Positions 24,669 through 37,199 of a stretch of 64,000 nucleotides of DNA are shown here, piece after piece. Both the position numbers and the translations under genes were made by a program. The stretch is taken from positions 197,222,001 through 197,286,000 of the forward strand of contig JBITNC010000001.1 of the NCBI GenBank assembly GCA_050084985.1. Direction: 5' to 3'. Source of the DNA: Nageia nagi. Lineage: Eukaryota > Plantae > Pinophyta. The notes beneath the pieces were generated by a model. It did no database searches. It was not told the DNA's origin and worked only from the letters and a program-made list of their open reading frames with translations. Each line of letters begins with the position of its first letter. Position 1 is the first letter of the stretch.

Positions 24669-27643
24669 TTAAGGTCCCTGATTTCCACACCTTCAATAAG
24701 GAGCTTATAGATTTAAGAAGACAATCTCTCGATAGGCTCTGTCATTTCTTTCTTCAGCTGCTCCTTAACTCCCATCCCTCATGGAAGGAGGTCTACTTCT
24801 TCAGATCAAGGGGGTGCTGCTGACCTTTTGGAACTCCTTGATGATCTTCTTGTTGGCCGTGAGTTCCCTTTTCAATCTCTTCACCTTTTTTTTGGCTTCG
24901 TAGCCCTCCTGCTCCATGACCGTAGCGTTTTGAGTGACTATATGCTTACGGGCCATCGATCCTAGTTTCTCGGGCATTTTAAATGTCTTGATCATACAGT
25001 CTTCTGCTCTCTAATGATGGTTCTCCTTTGACTAGCAATGGTTGATGGAGATTTCCTTTCGGGAGCTGGAAACAAATGTATCAACCCTTCAAATCTTCTT
25101 ACCATCCGAAAGCTCCTCTTCCTCATCTTCAGAGTGTAGATCTTGGTCTATGTCTTCGTCATGAGCCGCACTCATGCTGAGGGCTCTAAGGCAGGCATCC
25201 AAGTCAAGATTTGGATGCTCGATTGCTGGCTAGGGAGGAAGCCTTTGTACTAACAATCGTCCCTTATTGATCTTCTTGGCCTCTTTCGTTGGAGTGGTAT
25301 TAATTAGGGCAACATCCTTGCCTTGGTGCTCTTCTTGTCTTCTCTTCTTTTGTTTTTCAGTCTCCCCTTCATTCTCTTCATCTTCGCTATCGCCACCTAT
25401 TGATATACCTTTACGTGGTTGAGGGGACCTCTCATGGCTGGTTCTCTTTGTAGAGGATTTCTGTGAAGAGGGGGACCTCTTACGGTTATTAATAGGAGAG
25501 GGCTTGGAAGCACCCATAGAGGATTTTTGTGAAGAGTGGGACCTCTTACGGTTATTAATAGTGGAGTGTTCGGAACTGGAACTAGAACTTGGTTGCAACA
25601 GGGGGACTTTCTCCCTACATCCAAGAGAACAAGTGGGTCTGGAAGGGACCTCTTATGTGGGTGAATCACTAGTGCAAGCCTCATCTAGTACATCCGAGGG
25701 GATAACGCAATAGCCAGCGTCCTTGAGAGATCAACCATTACTACGTTGCACTTGCTAGGGCCTGAAATATGCTCCCTCGAAGCCTCTTGCCTCTTTCTAG
25801 CAGGAAGCAAGGGCGCCTTAACTGGCAGAAGTGTAGCACGAACAGGAGGAGGGATGATTTGATCCTGAGTGGGACCTCTTTAGATTTAAACTTGGCAGTT
25901 CGGGGTTTTTGAGGTGGTTTCTTTGCCTGGAGGGGAGCCTTCTTCTTGCTTAGGAGAGCATCTATCTTCGCAATCTCCTCCTCACCTTGCATGTTTCGAG
26001 ACTTCTCCACATTCCCCAAGGATTTATGTTGAAAAGCGATAGGCTTGTGGAACGCAGTGCTGTAGAAGTGTGTAATCACTCTAGGATCATAGTTCCTTGT
26101 TGATGCCTCCCTGAAGAAGACATACTATTGCAGTTCCTTCATATTGGCCGCTTCAATCCATGTCTGATACACATAACTTGCGATTTAGATAGGCAAGTTA
26201 TTGGTCGCATTCTTCTTCTTCCAGACTCTCTCTTTCAAGAACAAGAGTTGCCTAGCAAATTCCATGAGGATAAGCCTGTTACTGGCATATCTCGGTAGGA
26301 GCCAGGGTTGCTCTTCGGAGCCATAGACTCTGATGAATGTATGGTCAGTATATTGCAAGAAGAAATCTGCATGTACATTGATGGCTTGGATGGTTGCATC
26401 AGAGATCCTCTTCAACACTGACTCCTCTTTGATGTCTTTATAGATATCATACTCCCACCGGTCATTTCTCTCATAGAAATGTTGGAACTTATTCTGGTAC
26501 CACCACTTTGGATAAACTTGCCACACGGGAATGCCTTTCTGCCCAAGTATCTTTCATCAGCAAGTTCCTTGGATCTAATCTTGCCATGCAACAACAGGTA
26601 CATAAGATAGGAGTTCATGTAGAATCTCCTTGAAGAGCCAAAGTAAGCCAACTGGTGGCGTAGGGGATAGCTGATCACTCCACCCCATCGGATAGCTCTC
26701 TCTGAGCTAATGACTGCAATGAAGCCTGTAAACTCCTTCCTATACTTAGCATCATTTTCCTAACCAATGACCTTGGACAAAAGAGTGATCAGCTTGGCCA
26801 CGATAGGCAAGAACTCTCTGCAAGCGCTAATCAACCTCTGGCCTTGAAGGTTCTGGTAATCTTCAAGTAGCCATGGTCGAATGTAGTCCCTAGGATGGGA
26901 TGTAGAATCATGGAATTCCTCAGAATTTGCCAATGTGTAGTCGTCCCCATATCTTTTCCAGCCAAAAGCTGCTTCAATTCCATTAGGGGTGAAATCCATA
27001 ATTACATTTCCCTCCGTGTTCCGTAGGACTCTCTTGTCGAATTCACATCTCCTAGCTACCTTGTAGCACAAGTTAGGAAAAGGTACCGCAAAAGGCATCA
27101 TAGTGGTGTTGAACAATCCATAGGTGTGGATAAGTTCCTTTGATAAGTCCTCCTTACTAATGGAGGCAGTGGAGACTAAAGTTTGGATAGGGTCCAGGTT
27201 TCCCCAGTCTGTATCACCAACAAAGATGTATCTCCCCTTAAATTTGGCTTTGGGGAGGTCTGGTCTTTCTCTTTCTTGAAACTCAATTAGGCTCCCTTTC
27301 GAAAGTTGGGCCATCTAGTTCTTAGTCACATGTCTCTTGAACAACTATCCTTGAACCTTCTTAACTCTTGATGGAGGTGGTCTAGCTTTGGAAGCGATGC
27401 AGGAATGTCTGAAAATGCCCCAAGAGAACCTAAGGACAAGTTTGGATGCTGTGAAGGATGCAACAGGAAAGAGCCAAACGTGTAGGTCTGGGCTGCAGAA
27501 TGTCGTACACACTGAATGAAAGCTGCCCTCCTTTTATATGAGATGCATGGAGGGTGAATGTATGGCAAAGTGCATGCCTGCCACTTGTCTCCTCTTCTCA
27601 ACTCCTGATGTCTCACATTTAGCCAATTTCAGCTTTTAACCCT

Positions 27644-29094
27644 GGGCGCACGGTTTTGAATGAGTGCTTAAGCACTATCTGGAATGCATGCGATTGGTTC
27701 CTCGGTCACTTAGTCAATTTCTAGGGTACAATCCTTCATTTCACATCTGTGCGCATGGATCTGGATGAGTGGAAAAGCATGCACTGCAATGCATGTGCCT
27801 CAGATTCAAGGTCTCAACTAAAATGCCTTAGCCAACAATGGCTATTTGGATGCACAAACAACCCTCAACACCTTATTTCTCCTTGGCGTGCTGTTTTGAA
27901 TGAGTGCAAAAGCATGTACTAGAAATGGTGCGATTGGGGAGCAGGGTGAAAATCTGAAATGAAGTGACAAAAAATGACTAAGGGGTGGCTTACTATTTAT
28001 AGCTTTCTAGGTTGCCACATGTCACCCCTTGATTGACTAAAGTTGGGGTAAAATGGTGGAGTCAAAATGGAGGACGCATGGTTTAGGATGAGTGCAAAAG
28101 CAAAAGCCAAAATGTATGCACCAAAAAGTGAGGGACTTAGTCAAATTTCACACCAAACTAAAGCTCTATTTCCTAGTCGCACCCTTTAGGATGGGTGCAA
28201 AAGCATGCACCTTAAAGTATGTGCCTAGGCCTCCTTGCTAAATTTCTAACATTTAGTCAATTTTACTCCTGGGCTAGGATGTCTGGGATTGGGTGCATGG
28301 TTTTGGGAGAGTCCTTTTTCATATACATAAAATGATGCGACTAGCCAATGGCACACCTCCCAATGTAGAAAATCCCAAAAAAAGATGAAAATTGACAAAA
28401 AATGCTCTTTGAAATAGGTTGCATGTTTTGGGGGATGTGCCTTTCTCCTATACTCAATGTAGTCCTCTAGACTTAGCCTTCCAAACATACTAACTAGGGT
28501 TGACCTTCCTTTTATAGCCCTCTTGGACGGGACAGGTGTCATCATGTGATTGGTGCAAGACGGGGTCAAATGCATGTAGTCACACTTGTTAGCGTCCGAG
28601 CCCAACACTTAGCCAAATTTCCTCTCTCAAACTTGGTTGCATGGTTTGGGATGGGTGCAAAAGCATGCACCTGAAAGTATGCAATTGGCCCTGTAAGCTC
28701 CAAAAACGGCTAAGTATAGGTCTTCTTCCACCTTGGTCGCACCGTTTCGAGGACATGCAAAAGCATGCACCTCAAAGCATGCGACTGAGCCATTTATAAA
28801 AAAAATGTTAAGTATGAAAGCTCCAAGCCTTGGTTGCACCATTTTGAGGATGTGCAAAAAGCATATCCCTCAAAACATGCGATTGGCTGAAAAACATGTT
28901 TTTATCTTGAAATCTGACCAAGATGACCTTAAACATGAAAATGCAATGAAAGAGAAATGAACTTTTGCGGCATGAGAGACTTGAAAGTGCAATTGTAAGG
29001 CTGAAAAATGCAGGTACGAGTATGAAAATGCAACATGAGGTAGGTCGCACTATTTAAGGGATGTGCAATAAGCATGTCCCTCAAAACATGCGAC
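27644..29094. repeat. Array of ~11 imperfect ~50-bp hairpins (GTCGCA..GGATGTGC-AAAA-GCATGTCC..TGCGAC type)
   Basis: Units near 27644, 27749, 27885, 28072, 28176, 28291, 28417, 28636, 28736, 28832 and 29044. Confidence 0.75.
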
Positions 29095-29421
29095 TGAGGA
29101 AAAATTATATTTCTGACTTGAGTTGATCATGAATTTGCAGGTTTAACATGTTTCCTGAAACTAGACCAAGATGCATACATTCCCTTTAGACAAATGTTTA
29201 CTTCCATGCATTCATGTTTGATTTTTGAGGGTCCTCAAAATGCAAAATTTTGAGGGGTGTTGTGCAGGCACAACGATAGCTAAAAACAAAACAAAAAAAA
29301 AAAAAATTGAACACACTAACGGGATTAGACGATGCAATGCATAATGCACATACTGTAGACGAACACAAACACAAACAAAATGCAAACACGACACTATGTA
29401 CAAAACAATGCAAAAGATCTT

Positions 29422-30874
29422 TCAAGCTTGAAAATAATGGTTGAGGTGTTTACCATTAACGGGTAACGGTAAGATCTCTCCTGTGAGTTGCTTGAGCTTG
29501 AAGGAGTTCGGGTTTGCAACATCCTCAATGAGAAATGACCCTTGCATGCTTCCCTTTATCTTCATGCGAGATTGTCTTGTTCAAAATTCTTTGCCGGAGC
29601 AGTTTTGTCAAACCATTTCTTGGTGATCTGCTGGTGACGGATCATGCTTTGGAGAGCTTGCTCTCTTTTCTCTTCCAGCTGGAGGAGGTTTGCCAACCTT
29701 GCCTCAACCACATCGTCTGTTCCAGCGTATTCCTTCATGCATTGAAGGGTTGCAATCTTTAAGTGCATGGGAAATACAGGTTCAGTGTCGTATACCAGTT
29801 GATATGGGTTGGTATCGATAGATTTCTTTAGTTTGATCCTATCAGACCATAGTGCATATTTCAATTTACAGTGCCATTCTCTCGGGTTATGTGTCAGAAG
29901 TTTGTTGATCACCATGACCAAATTTTTGTTGGTTGATTCAGCTACTTTGTTGCCTTGCGGATAGTAATTTGAGGAGTAACTTATGTTGATGCCATGGTTG
30001 TATGCCCATTTTGTCAACTTCACCGAAATAAAACCAGGTCCATTGTCACACCAAACCGTAGGGGACGCCAAATCTTGTGACAATAAATTCCTTCGGGAAA
30101 TCTATGACAACCTCAGAAGTAGCATTTCTGCATGCTTTGGCTTCACTCCACCTAGTGCAATAATTGATGGCGGTCATAATAAACCGGTGTTCGCTTGATG
30201 AGTTGGGATGAATGACCCCAATAAAATCTAAGCCCATTTGGCAAAAGGCTTGACCTCGAGCATAGGATGAAGGGGAAAATTGGAATGCTTCTCTTTTCTA
30301 GCCGAAGTTTGGCAAACATGGCATTTCTTCGTGTAATTATAGGCATCTTTGTAAATGGTTAGCCAATAAAATCCAGCTCTCAAAATTTGATGAGCCAACA
30401 CGGGTCTTGGAGCGTGGCCAATCCCACGATCTTGGTCATGAAACTGCTTCAGCATTTCCGCAACCTAATTTTCTTCAAGGCACCTTAAAAAGATACCTTT
30501 GTGATTCTTGCGAAAAAGCTTGTTGGCCTTGATCATAAATTTAGTATATTTGTATCTCAGGGCCCTTTTCTGGGTTTGATTGTAATGATAGGGATAAGAG
30601 CCAAAAGTGAGGTATCTGGTTACATCCTCATACTAGGAGCCTTTTGAGGGTGCATACTAGCACACCATGATATCAACATCTCTCGTCTCTTCTTCATGCC
30701 TTGAATCAACAACATTTCCACAGAAGGCGAGTGAGCATAAAAGTCCTTGGACTCGTACAATGTTTATTGGTTGAATAGCAAGGTTGTATTCTTGGAGAGC
30801 AGTCACCCAATTTCCTCGTTTTTCACCCAGCTCATGCTGGACAAGAATATTTTTCACAACTGCATTAGGAACAA
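29422..30874 (-). pseudogene. Gypsy pol, RNaseH end plus integrase (decayed)
   Basis: GH...RAGFYW...CHVCQ zinc finger; MGLDFIG; DNG; YYPQGN.VAESTNK; ALWSDR; ends VNGKHLNHYFQA*. Confidence 0.9.
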
Positions 30875-33800
30875 TGTGATATCCCTTTTGTACTATAGTG
30901 CCAATTTGTATTCATCAAGTAGATATCTTAGAGATATCCCTTGTATTTGGTCATGTTCATGGTTGTAGCTTAAGACAAGAGACATACTGGGTCATGTGGA
31001 CCCCACTTGTGAGCCTCTAGTGGGATATCTCTCTCTTAAGTAGTCGTGTTAGTGTGTTGTAGGTTGGAGATCTCAAGTTGTGGGAATCCCAACCAGTCCT
31101 AGTGTTCCAGAATGGTAGTCATGCTTGCGCCACCTTAGGGAGGGCCCCACACCTCAATGTTGGCTTACTGGGCTTCCAGGAACCCCACATTGGCACTTCA
31201 GGTCGATTGGGACCCCACGTTGGCATTACTGGGCCATATGTTGTTGCGTTGGCATTCCAGGACATCATAACGGTGCGTTAAGTCACTGGGCCCCTCCAGA
31301 TGCCCAACGTTGGAATAAAAGGCTTATGGATGACTTCGAGGTGAACTATTGATTGGAGCTTATAAATACTTGAAGGGAGCTCATTTGGACACAGATTGAA
31401 TTATTGATATTGCTATTGCTACTTTGTTCGTGTGACTATCCTAACTTGGCGATGTCAAGTGTACTTTCCTAGATGGAGCATCTAGAAGTTGTTTGGGTTG
31501 AGGGATCTCGAGCATCTATGGTTAGGTGAAGCATCTAACCTATATGATGGCATCCGAGGGCCAATCCCTACCTTCAGTGGTTCACCAGGATTCGAGAAGG
31601 CTCCTTTGCAGGGGTGGACTCGGGTACTGAGGGGATTCGTTTGTCCCACGGTTCCGATTGTGTGTTTAGAGTGTGGATTGCTAGATCTGGCCGACAGGGC
31701 TTGGTATTGTACTTAGTTATCATTGTACAAGCCTGAGGGCGATTTGGGATCTCCTAATAATATTGCTTATTTGATTCTTATTGTGCGATTGGTGTTCATG
31801 TGCATGTGTTAGGATTTAGACCATTTGTTTATGTTGGTTTTCTAGTGTATGGATACTGTAATGGTATCCCATTTGTAATTCATCATTATATGCATTCGTG
31901 AGGTGTAGTGTGTGAATGGTAGTGTAGAAGGGCTGATGTTAGGCCTGTGGAGGTATTTGATGCCCTAGGAGCCCAACGTCTGGTTTGGGGAGTTGTTGGG
32001 TGTCTTGGAGGTCCAACGTTGGAGTTGGGAAGTGTTCGGAAGCCTTAGGGGCTCAATGTGGGAGATTGGTTGAGGGTTTGGAAACCCTAGTTGGAATTGA
32101 AGAGTACATTTGGCACAAGTGTTCATTTGGAACATTACAAGTGGTATCAGAGTTTGGATCTAGGTGGCCTTTGTATGAAACCCAAAATCCACCAGTATTA
32201 TACTAGATCTAGTGCCAGAATGGAGATCGCATCTACTAGGAAGAGCGGAAGATCAGCAGCAGAAGAAGCATAAGAGAGGGAGCCGTTCGGAGATGAGAGG
32301 GAGACTCATGAAGTGTTAGGAGGTAGACGAAGATCTGAGGAAAGACCAAGACCATGGATGGTGGATTCATAGGAGACAAAGCTGTTTAGGGTTGAGAGGG
32401 AGGCTCGCGAGGTGTTGGAGGAGAGGTCGAGATCCGGAGGGAGCCGGAATGCAACGTTGATTCGGGGCTCCACCCTGGAATGGAGATTTGAGGAGATGAT
32501 TTGCACCATCAATAACATAACCGGAGTCATGTATTCCATGCAGAGGCAGTTTGAGCGATGTTGGGGTGGTTCTGAGGTGGAAGTGGAGCAACAACGCCAT
32601 GTTAGACGAGATTCGGGAGGTGCACGGCGAGATCGGGGTGAAAGAGAAACCCCATGGTAGGCCAGGAGGGATGAGGAGCATCCACATTGGGGGTCGAGAT
32701 GAGGAGAACAACTCACAGCAGGTCAGGAATGGCCAACATGCATCACATCTAGCTAGAGGAGGCATGGAGCCCCCACGTCTGGACCAGGAGGGTCGTGAGG
32801 ATGCATGGGAAGAAGATTGGGAGGATCTAGAGAGAAGTATGAGGAGGTATCGAAGCTTGAGGGATCAGGAGTCCACTCACATAGGTTCGTTGGAGCAGTT
32901 GGAGCTGAATATGATGAGATCTCACTCCTATCGGGCAACCTAGGGTACTAACCCTCTCCTAGGGCAGTACTTGGAGGAGGACGTGGGTTGAATGGAAGAT
33001 CAGCCGATCATACCTAAGCCATCCAAGCCTATGTTCATGTAGAGGACCGAGGAGGTGGCCAAAGATATGGTTTCTAGCGTTGTGGGGCTGAATCGGCTAT
33101 TTAGAGAGTATTCACAATTGGATTCGGGGTTGAGGCGAGACATCAACTTCAATGGCTATTTGGAGCTGCTGGGGTTGAAGGGGGGAAGCTCACACGGGCC
33201 GTGACATGTCGATAATGCAGGATATGAGAGGAGAGATTTGTAGCACTGAGTCAACAAGATGCTGATCTTGATGTTTGATGGCGTGAAGATGATGGTTAGG
33301 GCATGGCTGCACCAGTTGCTGACATATTTTACTCTAAACCCTAGCATCGTTGAGGAGGACGCAATGCATTTCGCATCGCTATACTTGGAAGGAGATGCGT
33401 TGGAGTGGTGGCGACATGGGACAATGAGTTAGGGATACTCACTCATCACCACTTTTGATGAGTTCACCAGGAGGGTGGCAAAGAGGTTTGACCGGAAAAG
33501 AGAGGATGATTACTTCTGGGATCTCACCACACTGAGGCAGTCAGGGAGTGTGGATGAGTTTGTGATGGAGTTCCAACAGTTGGCTGTAATGACTCATCAT
33601 TTGCTTGAGGAGTGGTTGGTTTTCATTTTTGTTGAGGGATTAGAGGAGCTACTTAGAGGGATGGTGAAGGTGTCCTCTCCAAGGAGCCTAGACAATGCTA
33701 TTCGGGTAGCCTATGACTTGGAACCCACTGTGAAGTCCCTCAAGATGGGATCGGGATCCAAGGGCTTCATTAGCCGAAAGCCGTTTGTGGAAGGGCCTAG

Positions 33801-36538
33801 CAAGGCCAAGGTAGCACCTCCATCCAATCCAGAGCAATTGGATGCAGCCACATAGAGACAGTTGAGAGAGGAGGGCAAGTGCTTCTCTTGCAAGAAGCCT
33901 TGGGATCCCGAACACCATTGCCTGGGGAAGGGATAGGCTCATTACATAGAAGTGCTCTCAGGAAGTGAGTAGGATGATTCAGATCTTGAGATAGGAGTTG
34001 ATGTAGGTGGTCCAAGATCACCTAGAGTGGTCGGCAAGCTTGGGAGCATGATTGCTTCTTTGCATGGGGCAAAGAAGTACTTGACACTGAAGGTCATTGG
34101 GTAGGTGAGAGGCCAAGATGTCATGGGCTTGATAGATCCAGGTGCTTCACACAACTTCATTGATGTTGGTTTTGTGGAGAGGAAGAAGGGTTGGAAGACT
34201 CAAGCATTCGAGGGGTTCAAAGTCTCTAATTCTAACGTAGAACTCACACTGGTTGATCATATTGTGGAGCGGTTTGGCATGAGGCTATAGACCTGTGTAG
34301 TACGGGAGGACTTCTACCTTTATCCGCTCAAGGAACATCCGCATATCATCTTGGGTGTGCAATGGTTGTTCAATCTTGGAGACATTCATACGAACTACCA
34401 GAAGCTCATCATGAGCTTTGAGATTGACGAGAAGCCACATACTCTACAGGGGATCAGGGAGGACTGCCCATAGATGGATAACAAGCGGTTGGAGATGATT
34501 GAGTGGTGTCAAGAGGAGGCTGAAAAATGGAGCATGTAACATTCGAAGGAGCTGAGAGAGGCTATGGTGGACCATTGAGGAGTGAACAGACCCGCGTTGA
34601 ACACATGGGATGATAGTGTACCAACATTGGACATATGGGAGGCCCACATGGCCATGTCAGGATACAAGGGAGTTGGAGGACCCATGGTGATTTTGGAGGT
34701 TGGAGGAACAACGTTGACCACAAAGGAAGTAGGAGGGTCCACGTCTTTTGTCTTGGTGAGTGAGCTGACAACGTTGGGACACTGGGTGGTCAGTCATGCT
34801 ACATGGGGGTACTAGGAGTTGTAGGCGGCCATGTGGAGTTATTTGTGCATGATGCATCCCACGTTGAAGTGGGAGGGGGGCCAATCTGAGATTTGGAGCC
34901 TGAGTAGGCTCGCCTATTTTTCGATACGCTTGGGAGGAGGAGCATGGGTATTGATGAGCCCGGGAACCGTGTGGAGCCTGATGTTGGGAGTGAAGAGTTT
35001 TGGGTGTGTTTTGGTTTCAGCCAGGGGAGCTGGATTGGTGCGGAGTGGAGGATGGGTTCACGCAGGGAGCATGAGCCCCACTTGTTCACTCTCACTTTGG
35101 TTTCCATGTTTGCAGGTACCTCACCTTTACCAGAGTTCCAACATTGCCTACTTTCTGATTGAAGACCCTCAGCTTGGTGATGACAGGATATCATCATCAA
35201 CGGATTCTTGGAAGACAATATGCTATGGTCTTCCATTATTACTTGGGGACAAGCAATCCTAGGAGGGAGGCCTTGTGATATCACTTTTGTACTATAGTGC
35301 TAATTTGTATCCATCAAGTAGATATCTTAGAGATATCCCTTGTATTTGGTCATGTTCATGGTTGTAGCTTAAGACAAGAGACATACTGGGTCATGTGGAC
35401 ACCACTTGTGAGCCCCTAGCGGGACGTCTCTCTCTTAAGTAGTCGTGTTAGTGTGTTGTAGGTTGGAAATGTCGAGTTGTGGGAATCCCAACCAATCCTA
35501 TTGTTCCAGAATGGTAGTCATGCTTGCGCCGCCTCAGGGAGGGTCCCACACCTCAACGTTGGCTTACTACGCTTCCAGGAACCCCACGTTGGCACTTCAG
35601 GTTGACTGGGACCCCACGTTGGCATTACTGGTCCTTATGTTGTTGCATTGGCATTCTAGGACATCATAACGGTGCCTTACGTCATTGGGCACCTCCAGAT
35701 GCCCAACGTTGGAATAGAAGGCTTATGGATGACTTCGAGGTGAACTATTGATTGGAGCTTATAAATACTCGAAGGGAGCTCATTTGGACATAGATTGAAT
35801 TATTGATATTGCTATTGCTACATTGTCCATGTGACTATCCGAACTTGGCGGCGTCAAGTGTATTTTCCTAGACAGAGAGTCTGGAGGGTGTTTGGGCTGA
35901 GGGATCTTGAGCATCTACGGTTAGGTGAAGCATCTAACTCATACTATGGCATCTGAGGGCCAATCCCCACCTTCAGTGGTTCACCAGGATTCGAAGAGGC
36001 TCCTTCTCAGGGGTGGACTCGAGTACTGAGGGGATTCGTCTGTCCCATGGTTTCGATTGTGTGTTCAAAGTGAGGATTGCTTGATCTGGCTAACAGGGCC
36101 TGGTATTGTACTTAGTTATCATTGTACAAGCTTGAGGTTGATTTGGGTTCTCCTAATAATATTGCTTATCTGATTCTTGTTGTGCGATTGGTGTTCATGT
36201 GCATTTGTTAGGGTTTAGATCATTTGTGTATGTTGGTTTTCCAATGTATGGATACTGTGATGGTATCCCATTTGTAATTCATCATTATATGCATTCGTGA
36301 GGTGTAGTGTGTGAATGGTAGTGTAGAAGGGTTGACATTAGGCTTGTGGAGGTTTTTGATGCCCTAAGAGACCAACATCTAGTTTGGGGAGTTGTTGGGT
36401 GTCTTGGAGGCCCAACGTTGGAGTTGGGAAGTGTCCGGAAGCCTTAGGTGCTCAACATGGGAGATTGGTTGAGGGTTTGGAAACCCTAGCTGGAATTGAA
36501 GAGTACATTTGGCACAAGTGTTCATTTGGAAAATTACA
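30875..36538 (+). mobile_element. Complete non-autonomous LTR retrotransposon (gag + protease only, TR-GAG-like)
   Basis: LTRs 30875-32139 and 35274-36538. PBS TGGTATCAGAG at 32142; PPT AGGAGGGAGG at 35261; TSD AACAA/CACAA. Decayed gag with CFSCKKPWDPEHHC and protease LIDPGASHNFI; no RT or integrase. Confidence 0.92.
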
Positions 36539-37199
36539 CACAATAGCAGTGACAAGACTTCTAAGAATATAATGCTTGAATTTTTTGACTGCTCGGACCA
36601 AGGCATACGCTTGCTTATCAACAAGAGGGTATCTTAAAGCAATATCTTTTAGTGGAGCGCTCATAAATGCAATGGGCTTCTCATGATTCTCTTTTTCAAT
36701 CCTCTAAGTGAGAACTCCAGCTAAGGAATGCTCGGATGCAAAGAAGTACAAATAAAATGGGCATTTGTAATCAGGGCTAGTGAGGACGAGAGCGCTGGAA
36801 ATGGCATTCTTAAAGTCGTGAAAAGCTCTACGTGCTTCCTTGTTCCACACTATCTTAGCATCCTTTTTCAGCATGTCAGTGATGGGTTTGGCAATCTCTG
36901 TGAAGCCTGATATGGACTTGCGAACAAAGTTGATACGGCCCATGAATGACCTCAGCTCCTTAACATTTGATGGATATGGGATTTTATGAATGGTGTTCAC
37001 CCTCTCAAGATCGATGGCGATCCCATGCTCAGAAATGATATGATCTAACAATCTCCCTTTGGAAGTGCGAAAAATACACTTCTTGGGATTCAAGAAAATT
37101 TAAAACTTTCTACATCTTTCAAAAACTTTCTTTAAATCCTCTGCATGAGAAGATCTGGCTTTTGAGAACACTATCAGATCATCCATGTAGATAACAATA
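36539..37199 (-). pseudogene. Gypsy pol, RT/RNaseH fragment (continues into 30874)
   Basis: VIYMDDLIV, LNPKKCIF, LRSFMGRINFVRK, YPLVDKQAYAL. Split from the integrase part by the 30875-36538 insertion. Confidence 0.9.

Larger units (their letters stand above)
22140..27314 (-). pseudogene. Decayed accessory ORF homologous to 5805-9030, interrupted by a SIRE-like solo LTR
   Basis: MAQLSKG... start; motifs PFAVPFPNLC, FYMNSYLMYLLLHGK, WQVYPKW, LPRYASNRLILMEFARQL. Removing the insertion and one TSD restores ...EIRDLKTQISAHLSVLDGYL in frame. TATA-like CATATAAAAG ~220 bp upstream. Confidence 0.8.
17262..37199 (-). mobile_element. 5'-truncated non-chromovirus Gypsy element: RT-RNaseH-integrase plus a ~6.5 kb gene-containing 3' LTR, with three nested insertions
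   Basis: RT YMDD at ~37185; RNaseH/integrase run to a stop at 29422. Region 29275-17262 is homologous to 4231-10149. The putative terminus ...CTAACAACA at 17262 is tentative. Confidence 0.7.

Noticed and set aside
23671-24672. 333-aa and 209-aa repetitive ORFs
   Set aside because: By-product of a stop-free 14-bp tandem repeat within a solo LTR.
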